The notes beneath the pieces were generated by a model. It ran no database searches and was not told where the DNA came from. It saw nothing but the letters and a program-made list of their open reading frames with translations. Below are positions 20,854 to 30,642 of a stretch of 64,000 bases of DNA, in pieces; the first letter of the stretch is position 1, and each line of letters opens with the position of its first letter. The stretch lies in assembly GCA_963664405.1 (NCBI GenBank), contig OY761158.1, forward strand, positions 864,001-928,000. Reading direction: 5' to 3'. Both the position numbers and the translations under genes were made by a program. This stretch comes from Thermoanaerobaculia bacterium (GTDB taxonomy: Bacteria; Acidobacteriota; Thermoanaerobaculia; Multivoradales; Multivoraceae).

Positions 20854-22834
20854 GTAGAGTCGAGAGGTGGCGCGGTGACGAAGGAACGGCCTATCTGTTT
20901 CCGGCCCTTTCGGTTGCCGGTGCCTCACTATCCGCTCCATGCTCCGTTTCCACCTCCCGCTCATCAAACCGGACGTGCGGTTTTCCCGCATCCGGCTTTC
21001 GGACAGAGAATCACGCGTTCGCCCACGGAAGGTTACGCGGTCGCCCTTGCAGCTCGACCAAGCCAAGCTGCTCGTGCAAGTACTCGTCTGAGTAGCGTGT
21101 GATACCCCGACCTTGCACTTTGTGCTTCCGACGCAACCACTGACGAAGCCTTCTTCGGGCATGACGATCCAAGGCCCTGTAGTCGGTGCTGACCGGGCCG
21201 AGGTGGAAGTAGTTCGCCCACCCGACCATCAGCCGGTTGAGACGGGCCACTCGATCTTCGACATCGGTCCGCAACCAACGGCGCTCGGTTGCCTCGCTGA
21301 TCGCTCGGACTACCTTTCGTACTGCCTTTCTTGAAGGTCGGGTACCCAGATAGGCGTGACCCGTTCTCCAGGAGTAGCAACGGCCGATCGTGTAGCCCAA
21401 GAAGTCGAAACTCTCTTCCGGCAGAGAGCACACGCGCGTCTTGCGCTCGTTCACCGTGAGCTCCAACCGATTCATCAGCTTCCGCATCGCCGCCAGCGCC
21501 TCGTCGGCGCGATGGACACAGCAGATCACCAAGTCGTCGGCATAGCACACGATCTCTCCGCCGAATCGGTCGGCATGACCGAGGAGCCTCCAACCTAGAA
21601 TCACGCGACGCATGTAGAGGTTGGCGAGTAGCGGTGAGATTGGAGCACCTTGAGGGCACCCTCGTCTCGTATCTTTCGCTCGAGTCGTCCGACTCTGTCT
21701 CCCGCGCCTGTCGATCTCAATCACCGGTGACTCGAGCCACATCTTGATCAGATGCAGCACGCGACCGTCGCTCACGCGACGGGCTACCGACTTCTTGAGA
21801 CCGGCATGTGGGATGCTGTCGAAATACCCGGCCAGATCCGCATCGACCACCTCTTCGTGCCCCGTGTTGACCAACGAGTGGACCCGACGAACAGCGTCGA
21901 GAGCACTGCGCCCCCGACGGTAGGCGTACTGCTCCAATGGCAGGTCCGCCTCGAAGATCGAGTCCAGAATCAAAGTCACCGCGGTCTGGGTCACGCGGTC
22001 TCGAATCGTGGGAATCCCTAGCGCACGACGACCGCCGTCGGCTTTCGGGATCCACACTCGAAGAACCGGTTGTGAACGGTACCCGCGGCTCCTGAGATCC
22101 TCCGCCAGTCCACCCAACCAACGCTCGTCGCCCGACGACTCGATGTCCTCGAAGCTCTCTCCGTCTACACCCGCGCTTCCACCGTTTTGACGGCAGAGAC
22201 GGTAGGCGAAACGGAGCACATCCTCGCGGAACACTTTGTCGTAGAGAGAGTAGAAGCGATACTCGGGCAGCTCCTTCGCTTTTGCGTGCAACGCTGCTTG
22301 AAGCTTCCGAACGCTTTCTGGAGTTGCTAGGCTCACGCCAATCTCCTCGCTCTTGCTTGCTCAGCGTTGACCCTGAACCAAGGCCCCTTCCCTCCACCTG
22401 AGTTACCAGATCTCACCGGTACTACGGGCCTCTCCGCCACCCTGCCTGGCCGAATCTGCCCCTCACGGGGTCTTCGTTGGACACACGCTGTCCACCTGAC
22501 AGGGCTTCCCGTGTTCCGCACGACTCCCATTTCCATGCATGCCAGCGTCACTACCCCGGCGGAACCCCTCGACCGATGTCGCTCGACAACCGAGGGGCGG
22601 CGGCCTTCCCCAGCTTCTGGGTGGGTCGGCTTCCGCGGCTTACCGTTTCGAGGCCTGCTCAACGTTCACTCATATTCCTGCCTGCATGTTCGCCAGGTCA
22701 CCTTGTGACCTTCTACACCGAAGGCTTCGACGGATTCGTTACCTCCTCCGCCGCTCCGATTGCTACCGGGTGGAGCGACTAGCTCCCGGGTGGGAATTGC
22801 ACCCACTGAGAATCGCCGGCTTTTCACGGCGCAC
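20854..22834 (-). ncRNA. Group II intron (~1981 nt)
   Basis: 5' GTGCG at 22834, 3' ...CTCTAC at 20854; domain V AAGCCGGATGCGGGAAAACCGCACGTCCGGTTT near 20966-20998; removal rejoins the IS6 coding sequence. Confidence 0.9.
21011..22336 (-). CDS. ltrA: Group II intron reverse transcriptase/maturase (no endonuclease domain)
   Basis: LGIPTIRDR, GCPQGAPISPLLAN, YADD, FDFLGY, GWANYF. Confidence 0.93.
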   Translation of the reverse strand: MSLATPESVRKLQAALHAKAKELPEYRFYSLYDKVFREDVLRFAYRLCRQNGGSAGVDGESFEDIESSGDERWLGGLAEDLRSRGYRSQPVLRVWIPKADGGRRALGIPTIRDRVTQTAVTLILDSIFEADLPLEQYAYRRGRSALDAVRRVHSLVNTGHEEVVDADLAGYFDSIPHAGLKKSVARRVSDGRVLHLIKMWLESPVIEIDRRGRQSRTTRAKDTRRGCPQGAPISPLLANLYMRRVILGWRLLGHADRFGGEIVCYADDLVICCVHRADEALAAMRKLMNRLELTVNERKTRVCSLPEESFDFLGYTIGRCYSWRTGHAYLGTRPSRKAVRKVVRAISEATERRWLRTDVEDRVARLNRLMVGWANYFHLGPVSTDYRALDRHARRRLRQWLRRKHKVQGRGITRYSDEYLHEQLGLVELQGRPRNLPWANA

Positions 22835-23325
22835 CAGAAGCGGTGGTAGAGCCAGACTGCGTGAGTGATGATCTCGGGCGGAAACCGGTGACCGCGGTAG
22901 CTGGGCGTGCTGCTTTTCATGGGCCGACTCTGCCACCCATCGGCTCAACCTGACAGTACCTCGGGCAGGGCCGGAATCAGAACCGACTCGATGCCAAAGG
23001 CCGCAGCGATCTGTTGCTCGGAATCCGAATGCATCCTACCGACAGCCTACCGTGAGCCGGGTCGCGCCAAAAGGCAGGAGGTTCGCCAAGACGCGCCTTT
23101 CTCGATTATCAGCGTTTCCAACTTCCAAGCCTGGCATCTCGACATCGACGTCCGATAAGCGCGGCTTGAACGAAGGCCGCTACGCGGCAGTCTCGGAATC
23201 CGGATCGAAGACGGACGGATACTCCGGCACGGTGGGATCTAGCTTGAGCTAGTCAAGGTCTAGGAAAGTCTCCATCCTCTTGGTTTGGCGTCAATGCCGA
23301 CGCCTGCAACGAGGAGGACCCTGTC

Positions 23326-24186
23326 ATGGGTGCACTGAGAGATCGGATGGAGACGGACATGAAGCTGCACGACTTTCGACCGGCGACCCAATCGCAGTAC
23401 TTGCACTGCGTGCGCCGGCTGGCGAAGCACTACGGGCGCTCGCCCGATGAGCTGTGCGAAGAGGAGGTGCGCAGTTTCCTGCTCTACCTACGCGAGGACC
23501 GTGCTTTGAGCTCGGCGAGTATCAGCACCTACACGGCGGCGCTGAAGTTCTTCTACGGGATCACCCTTCACCGCGAGGAGATGGTGCCCTCGTTAGGCGC
23601 TCCGAAGGTGCGCAGGCAGCTTCCGGTCATCCTCTCGGGCACCGAGGTCGCGGCGGTGCTTGGCGCGATCCGCTCGCACGAGCTGCGTACGTTGGCCACG
23701 GTTCTGTACGCTTCGGGCCTGCGCATCAGCGAAGCGTGCGCGCTGGAGGTGTCAGACATCGACTCCGAGCGCATGCTGATCCATGTGCGCGACGGTAAGG
23801 GCGGCCGCGACCGCTTCGCCCTTCTCAGCCCGCAGCTGCTCAAGGTGCTGCGTCGATACTTCCGCAAAGAGCGCCCCGAGCCGCCCTATCTGTTTCCCGC
23901 TCCGCGCTCCGGCAAGACGTTGCGCCCCGACACGGTGCGTAAGAGCCTGCATCGGGCGGCTTTGCGCTGCGGGATTGTCAAGCGTGTGACCCCACACCTG
24001 CTGCGTCACTGCTTTGGCGCCCACATGCTGGAACTGGGCACTGATATCCGTGTGCTGCAGGCGCTGTTGGGTCACCGCTCGATCCGCACGACCCAGCTGT
24101 ACGTACAGGTCTCCACCCAGCTGATCGCGCGCACCCCAAGCCCGTTGGACCTGCTCGGCACTCCCGCGGGCAAGGTCCTCGGATAA
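23326..24186 (+). CDS. Tyrosine recombinase with N-terminal SAM-like domain
   Basis: YASGLRISE, GKGGRDR, HLLRHCFG, LLGH.SI.TT..Y. Confidence 0.9.
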   Translation: MGALRDRMETDMKLHDFRPATQSQYLHCVRRLAKHYGRSPDELCEEEVRSFLLYLREDRALSSASISTYTAALKFFYGITLHREEMVPSLGAPKVRRQLPVILSGTEVAAVLGAIRSHELRTLATVLYASGLRISEACALEVSDIDSERMLIHVRDGKGGRDRFALLSPQLLKVLRRYFRKERPEPPYLFPAPRSGKTLRPDTVRKSLHRAALRCGIVKRVTPHLLRHCFGAHMLELGTDIRVLQALLGHRSIRTTQLYVQVSTQLIARTPSPLDLLGTPAGKVLG

Positions 24187-24204
24187 CCGCGCGCTACAGC
24201 AACC

Positions 24205-25431
24205 GTGCACCCCCAGCAGGGGTGCGCTCGGCAGCTCGACCGCAAAGCGGGTCGGTCTCGCTATGACCTGGGCGAGATCTTCCGGGCGCACATCGACGCC
24301 TTCCGTGACCGCCACTTCTTGAGTCCTTTACAGGCTCAGGTGGTGCGGGCGATCTGTGCCTGCCGCACCGCGCAGCTGGGCGGGCATCTGGACGTGTGTC
24401 GGGACTGCGGCTATAGGCGCCCTGCGTATAACTCATGCCGGAATCGTCACTGCCCCAAGTGCCAGGCGCTGGATCAGCACCGTTGGCTCGAGCGGCGCCT
24501 GTCTCGCATTCTCCCGGTCGGCTACTTTCACGTCGTCTTCACCCTGCCGGGGGAGCTCGCCTCAGTGGGTCTGCGCAACCGCCGCCTTGTCTACGAGCTG
24601 CTCTTCCGAGCCGCGGCGGAAACGCTTCTGACCCTCGGCAAGGATCCCCAACGGCTCGGAGCCCTGCTCGGCATCACGATGGTGCTGCACACCTGGACTC
24701 GGGACCTGCGTTTCCACCCCCATATCCACGCCATCGTCACCGGCGGAGGACTCAGCCTCGACGGACGGCGGTGGCTCTCGACGGGCGAGAAGTATCTGTT
24801 TGCCGTCAAGCTTCTGGGGAGGCTGTACCGCGGTAAGTTTCTCGGCCACCTGGCCCGTGCCTACAAAGACGGACAGCTCGACCTGCCACGAGATCTGGCC
24901 GAGGACGGTGGCTTCGATCGCCTGCTGTCGAAGCTCTACGCCAAGGACTTCATCGTCTACGCCAAGCGTCCCTTCGCCGGTGCGCAGCAGGTCTTCTCCT
25001 ACCTGGGCCGCTATACCCATCGAGTCGCACTGTCCAACCACAGAATCCTCAACGTCACGGAGCAGGCCATCACCCTCGCCACGCGCGATGGCAAGACCGT
25101 GACGCTCTCTCCCGAGGAGCTCATCCGCCGCTTTGTGCTGCACGTCCTGCCCCGACGATTCCAAAAGATTCGCCACTATGGACTCATGGCCTCGGCCAAC
25201 GTCCACTCTCGCCTCGAGCGAGCCCGCGCTCTGCTCGAGTCCACCGCCACAGCGACCCAGGCCGAAACCTCCCACCCCATCCCCATCGAGTCGGAAACCA
25301 CAAACGAGCTCCTCCAACGCCTCACCGGCATCGACCTCGCGATCTGTCCCGCCTGCCAAGGTCCCCGCCTCCAACGTTTCCCCCTCGACCCTCCTGCCTA
25401 CGCCCGGCCTCCACCGGTGGCGGCCGCGTGA
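24205..25431 (+). mobile_element. IS91-like (Y2) transposase with zinc-binding domain
   Basis: CRT..LGGH...C..C...YNSCRNRHCPKCQ, HTW...HPHIH (HUH), YLGRY. Confidence 0.9.
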
Positions 25432-25759
25432 TCCCACGCCTTTCTCTTCCCGCGCTCCCGGTCCCGCCGCGGACAAGGCGGAGGTGTGCCCGCGGTGGCT
25501 CCGAACCCAAAATCGAGACGCCGGTGGACCTCCCAGGGGCCGCGCAGGCGCCTGACCGCAACCCAGTGCACCTCTGGAACTACCTCACAACCCTCGACCT
25601 GGGGCGCGTCGCGCGCAGCACAGCCTGCCAACGAGGCTGATAACCCCATACACAACCGCTCGTCTGGCGGCCTCCGCTCAAGCCAGGTCTAGCAGAATCC
25701 CGCTCGGGTAGATCCGCGCGACGACGAACCTCCTGCCTCGCGGGACTCTGCGAGATCCT

Positions 25760-26164
25760 TCTCCTTACCGAGCCAGGGTGGTGAGTCAATGAGGACAAAG
25801 TCGTAGTCGTCTTTGATCTTGGCCAGGGCGTCACGAAGCATGGCATTGCCGCTCTTTTTGACGACAGCGCCAATGTCGTGGCGGTGATTCTTGCTCGAGG
25901 CTAGGAGATGCGGATCCACGGTCTCGTTCTTGAGGATGAGCTTTTTCAGCGCCTTCCGGCTCGTGAGTCCGTGATACAGGGTCGTGCCGGCGAGCTCGAG
26001 CTCGTCGGGTTCGTAGCCTGCATATTTGTGAGGCTTGCTTGTGGATCTGTGTCGACCATGAGCACGCGCTTGCCTTGTTGAGACAGGGCATAGGCAAGAT
26101 TGATCGTACTCGTTGTCTTTCCGACACCTCCTTTTTGATTCACGATTGCGATGGTGGTGGTCAT
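25760..26164 (-). pseudogene. parA: ParA-family ATPase, frameshifted and truncated
   Basis: [19 protein letters not shown], frameshift near 26028, homology ends after LIDSPPWLGK. Confidence 0.8.
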
Positions 26165-26173
26165 AAAGTGTGC

Positions 26174-26473
26174 TCACTCGTCGAGGCGGCGCTTCCACAC
26201 TCGTTCGTGGCGGCTGCCGTGCACGACAGCGATAATCTCAAGCCAGTCCTCTTGTGGCGAGTAGTACACGAGGTAAGGGAATGGTCGAGGGAGAAGTGCC
26301 CTCCGGACTTCGGGGAACACCTTCTCTGATGAATTTGGAAACAGTGTGAGCTGCTCGTAGGCGAGCTCGAGCGCCGCGAGAAAACGCGTTCCGAGCCCCG
26401 GTAACGCATGGTCGTAGGCCAAGGCGATCTCCTCAATCTCTACCCTGACACCTGGCCGGTAGCGTAGCTTCAC
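26174..26473 (-). CDS. Type II toxin, RelE/ParE family
   Basis: VRRALLPRPFPYLVYY...IIAVVHGSR. Confidence 0.82.
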   Translation of the reverse strand: MKLRYRPGVRVEIEEIALAYDHALPGLGTRFLAALELAYEQLTLFPNSSEKVFPEVRRALLPRPFPYLVYYSPQEDWLEIIAVVHGSRHERVWKRRLDE

Positions 26474-26485
26474 ACGCGATGATGC

Positions 26486-26710
26486 TTACTGCAGTCGCTT
26501 CCGAATTTCTCGGTGCGCGTCCTCGACGGGAACGCCGGCGTCAGGGTTCGCCTTCGCTTCTGCAAGACGAGCCTCCAACATTCCCTTGAGTTCTGGTGTG
26601 AGCCCAAACTCCACATCGCCTGACAGAGAGCTGTACACCTCGTCGGCGATCTCCAACTGTTCATCGCGTGGAAGGCGCTTGACCTCCTTTTGGACTTCGA
26701 TTTTGGTCAT
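26486..26710 (-). CDS. Addiction-module antitoxin
   Basis: LP.DEQLEIA.....SL...LT......L..RL; directly upstream of the toxin. Confidence 0.75.
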   Translation of the reverse strand: MTKIEVQKEVKRLPRDEQLEIADEVYSSLSGDVEFGLTPELKGMLEARLAEAKANPDAGVPVEDAHREIRKRLQ

Positions 26711-27119
26711 ACCCTCTCAGAATAGACCCTCTGGTGAGTGTGTCAAGAGCTGCTAAGAGGAGTGGAGGAACGCCTTTCTGGCAAGCCTGCGTGCCATGCC
26801 TTCCTGCGGCGGCGTTGCCCGCACGACGTCGCCGGCGACGCGCAACCCGCGCTCGTTGTCGATGGAGGTGGGCCTGGAGACTCGTCGAGCTTCGGCGGGC
26901 GGTCTCTTCTTGGGCGTGGCGTGCTCATCTTGCCGAACCGCCGTGCTAGTGAAGCGCGCCGTGGAGAGCGGTGAGTGTGTCTATCCAGAGCTTCAAACCG
27001 GTACGGGTGGCCTCTGCACTTTCAAGCTGGGCCTTCTCGTGTGCGATGTGCGTGTTCCGGAAGTCGTAGGACTCCTGGAGAAGGGGGTCGAGGAACAAGC
27101 GAACGAAATCGTACGCTAA

Positions 27120-29124
27120 GGGTCGGCGCGGAAATAACTTCACATTATCGCCGGAGCGTGTGAGGCCGAGGCGCCACAGGGCGGTCGCTGCATTGGAGGT
27201 GGTGGTGAGCTGAGCCCAGGCTGTGGGGCAAGCTCTTCCTGCTCGGTTCGCGGTCTCGGCGAGAGGGTGTAGTTCCACTTTCCTAGGAAGTCGCTCCTGG
27301 CCACCGCGAGCTGCAGCATTTCCTTGTCCGATACCCTGACTCCTTTCTGGTATTGGCGTTGATCACGGCACGGCTCGACGCGCAGTCCGGTGGATGTCGT
27401 CGTGTTGCGGACGAGGTTGACGAGGATCTCGAAACTCTCGAGAGGAACTCCGGCCCAGTTCTTGCTGATCTCGCTGAACATCCTGTGCTCGATGGGATTC
27501 CATTTACTGGTGCCAGTTGGATAGTGGGCGACGGTGATGATGAGGCCGCACTTGTCTACGAGCTTCTCCTGGAGGTACTTCTTCCAGGCTCGAAGCCGTG
27601 CGCCGTTGCTTGCGCCGCTGTCGGCAAGAATGAGGAGACGCTGAGACGCCGGATAGTGAGATCGACCGTATTTGAGCCACCAGGTCGCGATGCTGTTGAC
27701 AGCGAACTCCGGCGTGTCCGACGACTGTCCGAGGACGAGAACGCCGAAGTTCCTCTGAAGATCGTAGATCCCATAGGGGGAGGCGATGGCGAGAGCTTCG
27801 GACCGGAAGTCGTGATCCTTGACCCGCTTGGCCTCGCGGCACCATGTCTGTCCCTGGTTCTTGAACCGACCGATCAGCTCCTTCTTCTTCGTATCGACGC
27901 TGATGATCGGGTCGCCAGCGCTTGTGAAATCCTCGCGCAGTCGCTTGATGGCCTTGAACTGTGCATCACGATCTGGGGAGTTCCCCGAAGACAGACATTT
28001 CCTATTGCTCTTGAGGGAATAGTTCAGGTCTGCGAGCAATCGACGCACCACCGTAGCCGATACGATGATGTCAAGGCGTTCGGCAAGGCATTGGGCCACC
28101 TTTGCAGCGGTCTCGTGCGTCCATCTTTTTGATGACATGGGATCACCAGCTATATCGGCCTCGAGTATGGAATGGATTCCATCGACTATCTCGGGCGTTT
28201 TTTTTCCACTCGTTGGTTGCCACCGCCTGCTCTTCGAACTCTTCCGCGCTCCACGGAGCCGCCGAAGAGCTCGCGACGTCCTTTTGCGACTGTATGAGGG
28301 TCCAGGTCCAGAAGATCGGCGATCTTCCGGTCGCCGCCATGCCCGAGCTTGGTCGCTTCCAGGCCAGCGAAGAGCCGCCGCTGGCGTTCGTCTAGCAGGC
28401 TGAAGAATAAAACGATGGCAGCCCTGAGCTCCTCGGGGAGCACTTCTGGAACGAGGCTGGCAGCTACATCCTGGAGAGCCTGCCGTTCGTTGCGCATCAG
28501 CTTCTGCTGACGACGGCGCCCTGTTTCCGAGCACAAGTATACGAACCTCTTCCCAACTCTGGATCGTACGATTCTCTTGCGACGAACGAGGTGCAACATC
28601 GCGTGCTTGACCTCGACCTGCAGCAGGAGCTCGAGTTCAGAAGCCGTATAGCCGGCAGCGGACCGGTCCACGGCAGCCACCGCAGTTTCGAGGAGGCTGC
28701 CATGCCGACTGAACCTCGCCGAACCGCACGACCACAAACCCAGATCGTCGAAATCGGGAATCTCGTTCAAGGTATAGAACCGCCCTCGATCCGAGTAGCT
28801 GGCCAAATAGCCCAATCGAGACAGCGAACGGTAGACCGTCATGGTGGCTCGGGTTCCCATGGCGTCCTTGAGCTCATCCATGGTGGCCATCTGTTCGCTC
28901 ATCAAGAGCTCGCGCACTGTTGCATCACGATCTTCGGCTCGTACCATTTGGTATAGTTCCCCTTCCAAAAGAGGTGACAGGGGAAACTATACCAAATGCG
29001 GGCAGGGCTATGCTAGCTCTAAACCTTGCAAACAAGGCGCGTACCGGAGGATTATGCGGTGGCTGAAGAAGGGGGCAGTGGTATGGTCACCCCAGATACT
29101 GGAAACTTATTTCCGCGCCGACCC
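27120..29124 (-). mobile_element. ISAzo13-family IS; ORFs 28186-28968 and 27140-~28210 joined at an A-run frameshift
   Basis: IR GGGTCGGCGCGGAAATAA at both ends, TAA duplication; ISVDTKKKELIG, ADSG.SNG, GTSKWNPIEHR. Confidence 0.9.
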
Positions 29125-29149
29125 TAAGGCCCGGTCCGAAGTCCGATAC

Positions 29150-29515
29150 CGTTCTCCGGTGCCGACGACCAAGCGGCCGCATACGGCAGCTACCTCGGAG
29201 ACGTAGAAGAAGCAGACCTTCGAAGCTACTTCTTTCTCGACGACGGAGGACCATCGGAACGTGGCGCGCCGGAGAGGCGACGCCAATCGTCTCGGGTACG
29301 CGATTCAGCTCTGCACGGTCAGGGCGCTCGGCAGGTTCTCGCCAAACCCTGGTGATGCTCCTCTCGGCGCGGTCGTGTACCTTGCCGCTCAGCTGGGGCT
29401 TCCGGATGCCACGAGCCTCTCTAGGTACGCAGATCGTGCCGAAACTCATCGGGTGTTGATGGCTGCGAGAAAGCGCATCCCGTTGGCTGCGAGCGCAGTT
29501 TCCGGGGTGGAGTGA
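29150..29515 (+). pseudogene. Tn3 transposase N-terminal (DUF4158-like) remnant
   Basis: RRGDANRLGYAIQLCTVRALGRF...VVYLAAQLGL, with a stop/frameshift upstream. Confidence 0.75.
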
Positions 29516-29980
29516 GCTAAGGGCTTCGCGACCGGGAAAGCTAGGCATTCTTCAGGAGGGCGGCATCATCCCGCCGGGACGGCGGTCCGGGTGCGTGGTC
29601 CCGGCGGCGTGTTTGCGGCCGGAAGAGATGCGTGCGTCGTTGTAAGGGTTTTGCAGTGCGGGCTCTGCTCTGATAGCGCGCTTAGCGTACGATTTCGTTC
29701 GCTTGTTCCTCGACCCCCAACTCGCGACAGGGGACCATGGATGTCAGCCGGTTCGTTTCTTGAGGGCGAGTAGGGGAGTCTTCCACAGAAGTCGCGGAAA
29801 TGTCTGCGGAAAACAGCTGCGGGGGCGGTCGTGAATGTGCACCCCAAGGCGCTTATTCTGGTTTGACCAAGTTCTTGTGCACCCCGCTGGTAGTCCCACA
29901 GATTCGCGACCAGAACCGAGGGAGGCCGCCTCTGTTTTGCGGCACCAACATCTCCGCGAACTCGTCGACGACATGTCGCC

Positions 29981-30112
29981 TCAGATCCGAATTCGCTCGA
30001 TTTCAGCGAGAGAGATGCGCTCAGGATTGCGATTGTAGAGCTGTGTGGTGCGCGTTGAGGCGTGGCCTGCGATCTGCGCGGCTGTCTCCAAGGTTCCACC
30101 ATTGGCGAGATA
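29981..30112 (-). pseudogene. C-terminal fragment of tyrosine recombinase, cut by MITE copy 2
   Basis: YLANGGTLETAAQIAGHASTRTTQLYNRNPERISLAEIERIRI, same peptide as 40016-40147. Confidence 0.85.
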
Positions 30113-30524
30113 GGATCTGCGGGGGCATTTGAACGAAAACTTACGGTTCCGGTCGCTCGGAGGTAGTGGCCAGTTGGTCGGTCCCAATTGCCCAGCCCTT
30201 GGTACGGTTCCGCGTTCTTCGCCTATCGTGTTCGTTATCTTATCTAGCTTCAAGAAGAGCGTGTTGGGCTAGTGTAGTCCGACCTTGAAACCGCACCCGA
30301 GCCCTCTGGCTCCTGAGTATCAGGCGCTACGCGTCCCGGTCACCGCTCTCATGAGGCGCCACGAACGAGGACTGCTCTGAACAATCCAGGGGGTGATCGG
30401 CATCAGTGAAAACCGTCCTCCTCCGGAACGCTTTCTCTCGGGCCGCCAGCGACGCCACTCGGTTGCGGGAACGAACTCGAGCGACCGGAACCGTAAGTTT
30501 TCGTTCAAATGCCCCCGCTGGTCC
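30113..30524 (+). mobile_element. 412-bp Tn3-derived MITE, copy 2
   Basis: Near-identical to 4753-5164; flanks AGATA/AGGAA do not form a TSD. Confidence 0.9.
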
Positions 30525-30642
30525 AGGAAAGCGATATCCTACCTTCAAGTTCTCAACAAAATGCCATCTCTGCCACCGTACCGACGTGCTAGTAGCCAGG
30601 CACTCTCTAGATCGCTCCGATAGTCGAGCAGACAGCTACCCG

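Larger units (their letters stand above)
20175..22960 (-). mobile_element. IS6-family element; transposase (20237-22920) split by a group II intron
   Basis: IRs GGCACTGTCAAGTT / AACCTGACAGTACC; YRGHRFPPEII..AVWLYHRF | CLSFRDVEDL..AERGIVVSYETIR, DE..D..NN.AE. No target duplication seen. Confidence 0.9.
27083..29718 (+). mobile_element. Second, internally deleted Tn3-family element with canonical 38-bp IRs
   Basis: GGGGGTCGAGGAACAAGCGAACGAAATCGTACGCTAAG at 27083 and its exact reverse complement at 29681-29718; tnpA remnant inside; no TSD. Confidence 0.88.

Noticed and set aside
21011-22336. Retron, DGR or defence-type reverse transcriptase
   Set aside because: It lies within clear group II intron boundaries with domain V and has a maturase domain.
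23326-24186. Integron integrase
   Set aside because: No IntI-specific insertion and no attC array seen; it is paired with an IS91-like transposase.
25745-25760. GGATCTCGC after the first parA as a decayed transposon end
   Set aside because: The match is too short and lacks the GAACGAAAAC box.
30406-30642. N-terminal extension of the phosphoesterase
   Set aside because: It starts inside MITE copy 2; the real start is probably downstream.
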